From a virus (lineage: Duplodnaviria > Caudoviricetes), in the IMG/VR virus record IMGVR_UViG_3300022852_000008, positions 1 through 40,562 of that record: 40,562 nt of DNA, one strand, 5' to 3'. Position numbers and translations under genes: made by a program. Shown here one piece after another: positions 1 through 7,905 of the stretch. The notes under the pieces are model-generated. The model worked only from the letters and a program-made list of their open reading frames with translations. It was not told the DNA's origin and made no database searches. Numbering within the stretch: position 1 is the first letter of the stretch; the number at the start of each line of letters is the position of its first letter.

Positions 1-1
1 T

Positions 2-89
2 GGAAGCGTGGCCGAGTGGTTTAAGGCAACGGTCTTGAAAACCGTCGATGGGCAACTATCCTAGAGTTCGAATCTCTACGCTTCCGCCA
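2..89 (+). tRNA. tRNA-Ser (anticodon TGA), prophage integration target
   Basis: GGAAGCG acceptor stem pairs with CGCTTCC; D-loop GAGTGGTTTAAGGC; anticodon loop CTTGAAA; long variable arm; GTTCGAATC T-loop; encoded CCA end. Confidence 0.95.
34..89 (+). repeat. attL core (3' 56 nt of tRNA-Ser)
   Basis: CTTGAAAACCGTCG...CTTCCGCCA is identical to 40285..40340. Confidence 0.95.
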
Positions 90-94
90 TATTC

Positions 95-120
95 AAAGCC
101 CTGATTATTCAGGGCTTTTT
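95..120 (+). terminator. Intrinsic terminator after the tRNA
   Basis: AAAGCCCTGA-TTAT-TCAGGGCTTT hairpin followed by T-tract. Confidence 0.85.
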
Positions 121-164
121 GCGTTTTCAGGGTACAGAAAATGTTTGTATCCAGACCTATGGCG

Positions 165-193
165 TTTCCGCATCCTGCCTTATGATTTCCGCA
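165..193. promoter_or_regulatory. Putative integrase arm-type binding sites
   Basis: TTTCCGCA at 165 and 186; same motif at 40169 and inverted GCGGAAA at 40234, close to attR. Confidence 0.5.
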
Positions 194-397
194 TCTGGTT
201 GATGAGCACCCAGATGTCCCGTGAAAGGATGGCGAATCTTGCGGCTCTGCTTGCCGACGATTTTCGGAAATCAAGGTTCACGCTAAGGGGCATTTGAGAG
301 CAGGCTAGGGCGTTGTGCGGTGTTGGTGTGAGAGAGAGCTCAAGGTAGCCCGTCTAAGCAGCCCTGATACATTTCTGCTCTGCAGTAAGGAGAATGA

Positions 398-1573
398 ATG
401 CAAAGCGTTGAGCTTTTTGCGGGTGCAGGTGGCCTTGCTATCGGCATGGCGAATGTAGGCTTCCGACATGCCGCAGTGGTTGAGTGGGATCAATACGCCT
501 GTGAAACCTTTAGAGAGAATCAGATCCATCATACTCTGGCTGTGGAGGGGTGGCCGGTTCATCAGATAGATGCCCGCACATTCGACTTCAGTAGTATTGC
601 CTCGGAGATAGCAGTAGTCTCAGGAGGTCCGCCTTGTCAGCCATTTTCAATGGGCGGAAAACATCAAGCTCAGGATGACGCCAGGAATATGTTCCCTGAG
701 GCTGTGCGCGCAGTTCGTGAACTCATGCCGAAAGCTTTCATTTTTGAAAATGTGAAAGGGTTAACTCGCGAAAGTTTTTCTTCCTACTTCTCTTATATAC
801 ATCTGCAGCTTCAATATCCGGAGATTGTTCGTCGGGCCGATGAGGATTGGCCACATCACCGCATGCGTCTCGAAAAGCATCATACGTCTAACAAGAGTGC
901 GCCGACTTACAATGTGATATTCGATGTATTGAATGCCGCAGATTTTGGTGTTCCGCAAAAGCGGGAGAGGGTGTTTTTCGTAGGCTTCAGGTCGGACCTG
1001 GGGGTGGAGTGGGCATTCCCAAAGACAACGCACTCCGCTACCTCCCTGTTAAGGTCTAAGTGGGTGGATGGGGATTATTGGGATCTTCATAAAATTGGTA
1101 AGAGATCTAGGCCGATAATTTCAGCTCAGCAAGAATTAATGTTTGAGCGATTGTCTGCTTCCGATGCTGATCCACGTCACCGGTGGAATACTACGAGGGA
1201 TGCATTGCTTGGTTTGCCTGATCCAGAGCTTCGACCTTCCAATAAGTTTATAAACCATGTGTTTACTCCAGGTGCGAGATCCTACGTCGGTCATACAGGT
1301 AGTCTACTTGACGAACCGGCAAAAACTCTAAAAGCCGGCCAGCATGGGGTTCCAGGCGGGGAAAACATGTTTATCAAAGACGATGGGTCGGTACGATATT
1401 TCACGATCAGAGAGGCTGCGCGACTTCAGACTTTTCCAGATGAATATGAGTTTCATGGTTCTTGGAGTCAAGCAATGCGCCAGCTTGGGAATGCCGTGCC
1501 CGTAAAGCTTGCGGAAGTTGTGGCCGGATCGGTAGCCGCTAGTTTGCGGTCTGTTGCTGATTGTAATTCGTAA
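398..1573 (+). CDS. DNA (cytosine-5)-methyltransferase
   Basis: Motifs I ELFAGAGG, IV GGPPCQPFS, VI ENVKGL, VIII PQKRERVF, IX RYFTIREAARLQTFPD, X QLGNAVP. Confidence 0.95.
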   Translation: MQSVELFAGAGGLAIGMANVGFRHAAVVEWDQYACETFRENQIHHTLAVEGWPVHQIDARTFDFSSIASEIAVVSGGPPCQPFSMGGKHQAQDDARNMFPEAVRAVRELMPKAFIFENVKGLTRESFSSYFSYIHLQLQYPEIVRRADEDWPHHRMRLEKHHTSNKSAPTYNVIFDVLNAADFGVPQKRERVFFVGFRSDLGVEWAFPKTTHSATSLLRSKWVDGDYWDLHKIGKRSRPIISAQQELMFERLSASDADPRHRWNTTRDALLGLPDPELRPSNKFINHVFTPGARSYVGHTGSLLDEPAKTLKAGQHGVPGGENMFIKDDGSVRYFTIREAARLQTFPDEYEFHGSWSQAMRQLGNAVPVKLAEVVAGSVAASLRSVADCNS

Positions 1574-1616
1574 GAATGGTTGATCTGCTGGTTCTGTATG
1601 TTAAGGGAATGTTGAC

Positions 1617-2153
1617 ATGAACGAGGCAATGACTGCGGATATTCGCGAGAAGATAAAAGACAAGGTGTGGGCGAAGGCTCAGGAGCTAGGGTGGGAGAAA
1701 ATCTCTCACTCGGAAAAGTCGAAGTGGTATGAGAAATGGTCCAAAGACAAGGATGTTGGGGGCGTCCTGTCGCGATATATGGACACCCGCTCAATCCGTG
1801 TCTATATAAAGGATACGCTTCTAAGGCCGTATCTTCGCACTTGTTTAGAAAAAAGCTGGGAGCAGGTCCGGTTGCTTTTGGGGGCTGAAGCCGAGGGGCG
1901 AACAGTTGTCAGTCGGATGGAAAAACCGCATGGCCATATCCTTGAAGGGGGTCTTGTGATTTGCTGGGGGAACAGCCGCGACTGGAAAAGTCTTGTCATT
2001 TCTGCATATGAGAGAGCATATGCGCTCGACAAAGGGATTGCTTACGGCGTCGCGTTGTTAGAGTCAGAAAAGAGAACGGATTGTCAAACCAAAGAAATGG
2101 TGAGCGATTTGGCGGTCCGTCTAGGCATTGCAAACATCTATTGGCTCGAATAA
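1617..2153 (+). CDS. Hypothetical protein (178 aa) in the cargo operon
   Basis: Co-oriented ORF tightly packed between the MTase and FRG genes; globular-looking composition; no motif recognised. Confidence 0.8.
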   Translation: MNEAMTADIREKIKDKVWAKAQELGWEKISHSEKSKWYEKWSKDKDVGGVLSRYMDTRSIRVYIKDTLLRPYLRTCLEKSWEQVRLLLGAEAEGRTVVSRMEKPHGHILEGGLVICWGNSRDWKSLVISAYERAYALDKGIAYGVALLESEKRTDCQTKEMVSDLAVRLGIANIYWLE

Positions 2154-2185
2154 CTTTTTAATAATTATCCATGCAGGGAGGGGAT

Positions 2186-2932
2186 ATGCGTTTCCGGGAA
2201 GCAAAGATCGAGAGTGTCGCGGACCTGCTGAAAAATCTTAAGAAACACATTGGCGACAATGAAATCATTTGGTTTCGAGGGCAGTCGACAAGCTCTTGGG
2301 GATTGATACCTTCCCTAGCAAGGGGCGAAGGAAAGCACCTTCAGAAAGAGGGCGCAATCTATAAGCGATTTATTCAAAATGCTACTCAGCTGATGAGTCA
2401 AACTCCCTTGGATGAGTGGGAGTGGTTGTTTGTAATGCAGCACCATCGAGCACCTACACGGCTGTTGGACTGGACCGAAGGACCTCTCGTTGCGCTCTAC
2501 TTTGCGACTGCTAATTCGGCAAAAGATGACGTTGACGGCGCGCTTTGGTGCCTTGATCCGATAGCCCTGAACCGTCAAGCCAATGTGAGCTTCGCCTACG
2601 AGCTGGAGCTGCCTTCTTTTCGGGATAAGGCGCTTGAGAACTATCTTCCAAGTCGAATCGATCCTAAAAGCCCCATGCAGCCAGTCGCAGCCATTGGGCC
2701 TCGGGCCACAAAGAGAATGGCAGCCCAGATCGGTGCTTTTACAGTAAACCACAGTGTCTACAAACCCATGGAATCCCTGTATGATGGGAAGCACGTGTGG
2801 AAGTACTTCATCCCCAAGGAAAAGAAAGCAGAAATTAGACGGGAGCTGAAGTATTTAGGGTATTCTGCGCTGTCATTATTCCCTGATATTGACCAAGTCG
2901 CAGATCTTATACAGCGGGAGTATCTCAAGTGA
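2186..2932 (+). CDS. FRG domain protein
   Basis: WFRGQS...W.LIPSL and MQHHRAPTRLLDWTEGPLVALYFA; R..AQ.G.F; LFPD; GGAGGG RBS before ATG 2186. Confidence 0.92.
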   Translation: MRFREAKIESVADLLKNLKKHIGDNEIIWFRGQSTSSWGLIPSLARGEGKHLQKEGAIYKRFIQNATQLMSQTPLDEWEWLFVMQHHRAPTRLLDWTEGPLVALYFATANSAKDDVDGALWCLDPIALNRQANVSFAYELELPSFRDKALENYLPSRIDPKSPMQPVAAIGPRATKRMAAQIGAFTVNHSVYKPMESLYDGKHVWKYFIPKEKKAEIRRELKYLGYSALSLFPDIDQVADLIQREYLK

Positions 2933-4002
2933 AAAAATTTGATGTAGGATCCTTGCATGGAGCAAGCGTATGGACCCTTTATCGCATGAGAGATCGAATC
3001 CAAGTAAATCCTGATTATCAGCGTCAAGGTGAAGTCTGGACTATGGATAAGCGTCAGCTCCTGATAGATACCTTGATTAATAAGTTTGATATACCCAAGA
3101 TATATCTTCACAAGTTTTCCAAGCCGAAGGTTATTTCGGGTGTTAGTTACGATTATGCTATTGTAGATGGTCGTCAGCGCTTGGAAACAATGTGGTCGTT
3201 TATCACTGGGAAGTTTGCGCTGTCTTCGGATTTTGAATATTTTTCATCGCCAGATGTTGAAGCTCATGGGATGACATATCAAGAGATAGCAAAAAAGCAC
3301 CCTGACTTGAAAACGGATCTTGATAATTTTCAGTTGAATGTTATTACAATTGAAACTGAAGATGTTGACTTGATTGAGGAGATGTTTTCAAGGCTTAATG
3401 AGGCGGTTCCATTGACCGCTGCTGAAAAGCGAAACGCCTGGGGAGGACCGATTCCTCGTGCCATTCGGGAACTGGCGGGGGTTGAGTTTTTCACGAAAAA
3501 GCTGCCGTTCCAGAATAAGCGCTATAAGCACTACGATCTTGCTCTGAAATTTTTAATCACCATGGATCGAAATTCTGTAACCGATACTAAGAAAGCGTAT
3601 CTGGATCGGTTTGTCAAAGAGCATGAGGCTGAAGCAAAAACAAAAAAAATCCCTTCGGTTAAAACTGCTAAAAGCGTTATGGAGGCGATGAGTACCGTTT
3701 TTGCAGATGCAGACCCACTGCTTCGATCGGTCGGTATGGTGATGCTGTATTTTCATCTTTTCAGGGTTGGGGTCGCAGAGGGATGGACTTCGTCAATTAC
3801 GCGTCAGTCGCTGGTCAACTTTGAAAAGCTTAGGGAGAAGAATAGGGTTATGGCCGAAGATAACTTGTCCAGCGCAAGTTATGACTTGATTGAGTTTGAC
3901 AGGTACTCGCAATCGCCTAATGATCTCTATGCTGTAAAGTTTAGACTGCAAATTCTGCTGCAGACAGTTGTAAAGAAGAACTATCCAATCGAAGAGCTTT
4001 GA
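2929..4002 (+). CDS. DUF262 (ParB/GmrS-like) domain protein with uncharacterised C-terminus
   Basis: PDYQR..VW, LIDT, IVDGRQRL, MFSRLN, PLT..E.RNA motifs; GTGA overlap with the FRG stop. Confidence 0.9.
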   Translation: MKKFDVGSLHGASVWTLYRMRDRIQVNPDYQRQGEVWTMDKRQLLIDTLINKFDIPKIYLHKFSKPKVISGVSYDYAIVDGRQRLETMWSFITGKFALSSDFEYFSSPDVEAHGMTYQEIAKKHPDLKTDLDNFQLNVITIETEDVDLIEEMFSRLNEAVPLTAAEKRNAWGGPIPRAIRELAGVEFFTKKLPFQNKRYKHYDLALKFLITMDRNSVTDTKKAYLDRFVKEHEAEAKTKKIPSVKTAKSVMEAMSTVFADADPLLRSVGMVMLYFHLFRVGVAEGWTSSITRQSLVNFEKLREKNRVMAEDNLSSASYDLIEFDRYSQSPNDLYAVKFRLQILLQTVVKKNYPIEEL

Positions 4003-4018
4003 GTGGTCAAGTTTGAAT

Positions 4019-4043
4019 TTGGCCTCTTTCAGTAAGAGGCCAA
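4019..4043. terminator. Hairpin between convergent DUF262 and int genes (probable terminator)
   Basis: TTGGCCTCTT-TCAGT-AAGAGGCCAA perfect 10-bp stem. Confidence 0.7.
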
Positions 4044-4059
4044 GTTTCGTGTTCTTTTA

Positions 4060-5127
4060 CTATTTTGTAGGTTTCACTATTTCTCCGATCCGGCGGTATA
4101 CAGTCTCAGTGATGCGTTTGTCAGTGTGTCCCAGAAGGCGACTTGCGTGACCCAAATCACCGATTTCGCTTGCGGCCTTGGGGCGAATGTCTCTGAACTG
4201 AAACTGGCGAATCTGCTCGGCCAGAATCTTGTCCTCGCCCGATAGGGCAAGCCCAACTGCGGCCTTCCTAGCATCGTCGAAGCGAAGTCGAAGCATTGAG
4301 GCCGTGACAGCTCTACCGTCTTGTGTGGTGATCAGATAAGGGCTGCGAACTCCGCGCTCCTTCCGCTGAGCCAACAGGCGTTCTATGAGCAGGCCGAGGT
4401 GGTTAACCTGCTCCCCGGAGCGGAGCTCAATTCGCAGCTTCTTGGATGTCTTGCCCTGTGCGACCTGAAGGTATTCGTCATCGCAATCTGCGGCTCTCAT
4501 GGAGAGAATATCGGCCGGTCGCTGGCCTGTGAGGTAGGCTAGATCCATAGCGTCGCGTAACTCGCTGGCAGCACGATCGTAAACGGCGTTCCAAATCTCT
4601 GCTCCAGCATAGAAATCACGGGGTCGCTCTTTGTTCTTACGCACGCCAGCAGCAGGGTTTTCCCTTTCGGTTATGCCCCATTCCCGCGCCATATTATATA
4701 TGTGCGATAGAAGAGAGATCTCTCGGTTCGCGCGAACTTTACCTGATCGCTTATCTCTGTACTGAGCGATGATCTGAGGAGTGATTGCGTCGATCGGTGC
4801 ATCGTCGAATGCTGCGCGAAGTTGTCTCAATGAGAGCAGGTTGTCTTTTTGTGTACGTGGCATCTTCCCAGGGATGACATCACGCTCATACCGATTAAAG
4901 ACGTCACCCAGCAGACGGTTAATTTTCGGTATTGATTTTCGGTCGAGCTTGGCCCATTCAATTTTCGCCACATCCAAGTCTGTACCCAGCGGGATCTCAA
5001 TGCGTTTACCATTCTCATCACGACCGTCGTAGTAATAGCCCACCCATTGTTTGCCGCTTTTCAAGGTGCGCACCCGCCTTAACATGCGCGGTGGCAGGTC
5101 TCTATTACTGGCTTTCTTAAAGCGCAT
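4060..5127 (-). CDS. int: Phage tyrosine integrase
   Basis: TGQRPAD, FRDIRPKAAS, LLGH, VY catalytic pattern; N-terminal arm-binding region. Confidence 0.93.
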   Translation of the reverse strand: MRFKKASNRDLPPRMLRRVRTLKSGKQWVGYYYDGRDENGKRIEIPLGTDLDVAKIEWAKLDRKSIPKINRLLGDVFNRYERDVIPGKMPRTQKDNLLSLRQLRAAFDDAPIDAITPQIIAQYRDKRSGKVRANREISLLSHIYNMAREWGITERENPAAGVRKNKERPRDFYAGAEIWNAVYDRAASELRDAMDLAYLTGQRPADILSMRAADCDDEYLQVAQGKTSKKLRIELRSGEQVNHLGLLIERLLAQRKERGVRSPYLITTQDGRAVTASMLRLRFDDARKAAVGLALSGEDKILAEQIRQFQFRDIRPKAASEIGDLGHASRLLGHTDKRITETVYRRIGEIVKPTK

Positions 5128-5130
5128 TTC

Positions 5131-5418
5131 TCAACTCACTCGTGTCATGTCGAGCGTCCAAGTTTCGGCCGCCGCGTTTGCTTCAGATGCGTTCAGCCCG
5201 GCCAGCTTGAGGCGGGCATATAGACGACCCACTACAGGGCGTCGGGCACCACTTAATACATGCTTCCAACCGTTCGAAGCGAGCCACTGAATTTGTCTGG
5301 AAGGAGTCAGATAGCCGGTAATGGTGGCTATCTCATCTTCCGTCAGTAGCTCCCCGGGAAATGAAACGAGGGCGGCTGAGAGGTCGCTCGGGGTCATTGC
5401 TGGGTTCGTTTCCTTCAT
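5131..5418 (-). CDS. xis: Excisionase-like protein (DUF4224-type)
   Basis: LTEDEIATITGY..PSRQIQWL..NGW...GRLYARLKL; directly upstream of int. Confidence 0.75.
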   Translation of the reverse strand: MKETNPAMTPSDLSAALVSFPGELLTEDEIATITGYLTPSRQIQWLASNGWKHVLSGARRPVVGRLYARLKLAGLNASEANAAAETWTLDMTRVS

Positions 5419-6191
5419 GACATCACCTCACTACCACCCTGAATCCAACCGGTAGAATGCTGTCGCTGCCACTCGCGGAACCTGTCCATTTCCAAGGGCT
5501 TTAAGTCGGTCCACCCTAAAGGCCACCCCATCAGCCACTCGACCCATGTCGGGTTCAATTGGCCACCGTGAAGGGCCATGACCGCGTGGTCTAACCGATC
5601 CTTCGAGCGGCTGGCGCCTGACCTGCGTTGGAGTGCGTTGGGTGATGAGCCTTTGGACATGCTCGCGACTGGGGTTGGCCAGGATTGGAGTGCGCGCGTC
5701 GTTTCTCCATCCAAGTAGCCAGATGCGCTCGCGTCTATGGGGCGCTCCGAGATCTGCCGCTGATACAAGACACCATTCCGAGTCGTACCCCATTTGGGTA
5801 AGGTCACCAACGACCATGGCAAGTCCTCGGTCCACAAGCATTGGTGAGTTCTCCAGGAGGACCTCTCCGGGCAATACTTCGCTGATGATTCGAGCCATGT
5901 CCTTCCAAAGCCCAGAGCGGGAGCCTTCGATTCCGGTGCCGGGACCAGCGCTGGATATGTCTTGGCACGGAAAGCCTCCAGAAATGACATCAACAAGCCC
6001 TCGCCAAGGTCGGCCGTCAAAACTGCGCACGTCAGACCAAATTGGGAAAGGCGGCAGAGCTCCATCGTTCTGTCGTTGCGCCAGAACTTGTGCGGCGTAG
6101 GCATCACGTTCAACTGCGCAGATTGTGCGCCAGCCGAGTAGGTGGCCCGCGAGTATTCCTCCACCAGCGCCCGCGAAAAGAGCCAGCTCAT
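5415..6191 (-). CDS. Overlapping alternate-frame ORF; putative beta chain of the methyltransferase (motif IX-like)
   Basis: Open for 258 codons across the MTase gene; WPTP and LNPTWVEWLMGWPLGWT; stop overlaps the xis ATG (ATGA). Confidence 0.7.
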   Translation of the reverse strand: MSWLFSRALVEEYSRATYSAGAQSAQLNVMPTPHKFWRNDRTMELCRLSQFGLTCAVLTADLGEGLLMSFLEAFRAKTYPALVPAPESKAPALGFGRTWLESSAKYCPERSSWRTHQCLWTEDLPWSLVTLPKWGTTRNGVLYQRQISERPIDASASGYLDGETTRALQSWPTPVASMSKGSSPNALQRRSGASRSKDRLDHAVMALHGGQLNPTWVEWLMGWPLGWTDLKPLEMDRFREWQRQHSTGWIQGGSEVMS

Positions 6192-6195
6192 TCAC
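5431..6195 (-). CDS. Phage C5 DNA methyltransferase, alpha-like chain (motifs I-VIII and X, no motif IX)
   Basis: GTG start after GGAGG; LALFAGAGG, GGFPCQDIS, LLENSP, APHRRERIW, LKALGNGQVP. Confidence 0.88.
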   Translation of the reverse strand: MNELALFAGAGGGILAGHLLGWRTICAVERDAYAAQVLAQRQNDGALPPFPIWSDVRSFDGRPWRGLVDVISGGFPCQDISSAGPGTGIEGSRSGLWKDMARIISEVLPGEVLLENSPMLVDRGLAMVVGDLTQMGYDSEWCLVSAADLGAPHRRERIWLLGWRNDARTPILANPSREHVQRLITQRTPTQVRRQPLEGSVRPRGHGPSRWPIEPDMGRVADGVAFRVDRLKALGNGQVPRVAATAFYRLDSGW

Positions 6196-7079
6196 TTGAC
6201 CTCCTGGATGGACGGAATGGTAGGAAATAGGCATGCTCCATTTTTGATAATGGCTTGGAGCCATGAAGGATGTTGGACTTGAAGCAGATGGTTGAGCGTA
6301 GCCTTTGGGCGATGTGGTATTTGATGTTCGGGGCGGCCGGCTTCTGGCTTTTGGCTGGCTCTGTAGGGTACTGGGTGAAGCATGGTTGGCTTCCAAAAGA
6401 TACCTCTGGCTGGGTTCAGGCTGTCGGTTCTATTTTGGCGATTTTTGTTGCCGTGATAGTTCCAGCGATTATGAAACGACATGAAACTCGAAGAAGACAA
6501 ATAAGCGAGATAGAGGCCGAGCTGGGGGCTTATTACCAATTTAGAAATTTGATTCAAGAAACACAGGATCTCCTTTGGCAGCCCATTGGCAGTCGGCAAG
6601 GTGGCAGTGGGTACGGATGGAATAGAGAGTTTGTTTATGATCGTTGTTTGAATGTGATTGAGCGGCTGAATGTCTTGAGTTTGAAGAGTTCTAAGGTTTT
6701 GTTTTTGAAGCACATTTACGACGTGCGAATGCATGTTATGGAGTTCATCAAGCTGATTGTCCCTGACGACGTTTCCGGGAAGGCGGATCGGGATAAAATC
6801 GTGGAAGCGCTTACGGAAATTAAGTCTCATGTTAGTAAGCTGATCGCCTCTCAAACCTTGTACCTGGAGGCACTGGACTCTTGATTCGGTCCCATACCCC
6901 ACGACACGCTGCGCGGGCGAGCGCTCCTGAGCGGTTTGCGTTGCATCAACACTGGCTGCCTGGGGCAGCTTTTCGTGGGGTATAAGTGCTGCGGTAGTGG
7001 CGCTAGCATGGGCATGAACGGATTTCCCGCACACTGCTGGGCCTTGGACGAGGCAGTTGCGGGGGGCTTGGGTCGTCAT
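6192..7079 (-). CDS. Possible bridging ORF antisense to 6270..6884
   Basis: ATGA overlap at start with the upstream gene; GTGA overlap at stop with the MTase start. Confidence 0.4.
   Translation of the reverse strand: MTTQAPRNCLVQGPAVCGKSVHAHASATTAALIPHEKLPQAASVDATQTAQERSPAQRVVGYGTESRVQCLQVQGLRGDQLTNMRLNFRKRFHDFIPIRLPGNVVRDNQLDELHNMHSHVVNVLQKQNLRTLQTQDIQPLNHIQTTIINKLSIPSVPTATLPTANGLPKEILCFLNQISKLVISPQLGLYLAYLSSSSFMSFHNRWNYHGNKNRQNRTDSLNPARGIFWKPTMLHPVPYRASQKPEAGRPEHQIPHRPKATLNHLLQVQHPSWLQAIIKNGACLFPTIPSIQEVK
6270..6884 (+). CDS. Moron-like membrane protein, opposite orientation to the early operon
   Basis: Two N-terminal hydrophobic helices (SGWVQAVGSILAIFVAVIVP) then a helical soluble region; AT-richer than flanks. 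Confidence 0.75.
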   Translation: MLDLKQMVERSLWAMWYLMFGAAGFWLLAGSVGYWVKHGWLPKDTSGWVQAVGSILAIFVAVIVPAIMKRHETRRRQISEIEAELGAYYQFRNLIQETQDLLWQPIGSRQGGSGYGWNREFVYDRCLNVIERLNVLSLKSSKVLFLKHIYDVRMHVMEFIKLIVPDDVSGKADRDKIVEALTEIKSHVSKLIASQTLYLEALDS

Positions 7080-7573
7080 GCCGTCACCTCCACGCTTGCT
7101 GCACTGGCTGGAGTTTCGCGAAGTTGAATGTGAATGCGTTTAGCCAGATCTCCCAGTCCCGCGGCATTCCGCGCTGCGCGTGATGCCTGCTGAGTCGCCT
7201 TCATTGCGGCAAGCGTCCGCTCGGTCAGGCTCAGGGTTTCGATGGCGCTGATCAGCAACTCGTAATCTGCCCTGGTAACCGCTAACCCGGTGTAGGACAT
7301 GATCCGGGCCTCCAGCTCGCGGATGCTGTCTTTGAGGTGTGCGATAGCCGTGTGGTGCTTTCTCTGGTCTGCTTCGGCTTGAACACGGGCCTCATTTAAG
7401 TCGTCCTGAAGGCCTTTGATCCGCAGTTTCAGATCAGCCTTCAGGCTCTGCTTGCCTGCGTCAAAGCCCCTGTTGAAGGCGCGATGTCGCGCTTTCGCAA
7501 AGAGGAAAGGCAGGATGGCCAGGGTGATCAGCCAGAGAATGCCAATGGCAAGAACTTGTTGATGTGGTTGCAT
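7076..7573 (-). CDS. Phage protein with N-terminal TM helix and coiled coil
   Basis: VLAIGILWLITLAILPFLF, then heptad-rich region; GGAG RBS before ATG 7573. Confidence 0.8.
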   Translation of the reverse strand: MQPHQQVLAIGILWLITLAILPFLFAKARHRAFNRGFDAGKQSLKADLKLRIKGLQDDLNEARVQAEADQRKHHTAIAHLKDSIRELEARIMSYTGLAVTRADYELLISAIETLSLTERTLAAMKATQQASRAARNAAGLGDLAKRIHIQLRETPASAASVEVTA

Positions 7574-7656
7574 GTGCTGTGCTCCAGAGTGCTCGCCGTC
7601 GCATAGGTGAGAGGTGGACGGCGAGCGGTTGCCCCTGAGGACCGGGGCCATCTAAC

Positions 7657-7905
7657 TCATGTCGATTGCTTTGCTTCGTCGGCGCGGCGGTCCAGGTAAT
7701 CGGCCAAGTCGTGCAGGTAGATCACGTGCTGCGCCTTTAGCGAGTTGTGCAGCTTTTTAAGCTTCAGCTGGATCTGGCCCTTCTGGACGAGTTCCTTGAA
7801 TCGGCGATCAGTCTTGATGTGGGGGAAGTAGTGCTCCCGCACGGCGGTTAGCGTCGGGCAGGGGGTTGTCCACTGATTGCGCAGTTGGGCTAACGTGTCC
7901 CTCAT
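7657..7905 (-). CDS. PrtN-like (pyocin activator family) regulator
   Basis: PTLTAVREHYFPHI...VIYLHDLADYLD; ATGA overlap with the upstream gene. Confidence 0.7.
   Translation of the reverse strand: MRDTLAQLRNQWTTPCPTLTAVREHYFPHIKTDRRFKELVQKGQIQLKLKKLHNSLKAQHVIYLHDLADYLDRRADEAKQST

Noticed and set aside
56-274. 72-aa minus-strand ORF
   Set aside because: Overlaps the tRNA, terminator and att arm; no coding signal.
2929-4002. Calling the DUF262 gene a complete GmrSD type IV restriction enzyme
   Set aside because: No HNH/DUF1524 motif is visible in the C-terminus or in neighbouring genes.
6196-6396. N-terminal extension of the 321-aa MTase ORF
   Set aside because: The RBS and motif I place the start at GTG 6195; the extension is antisense to the moron.
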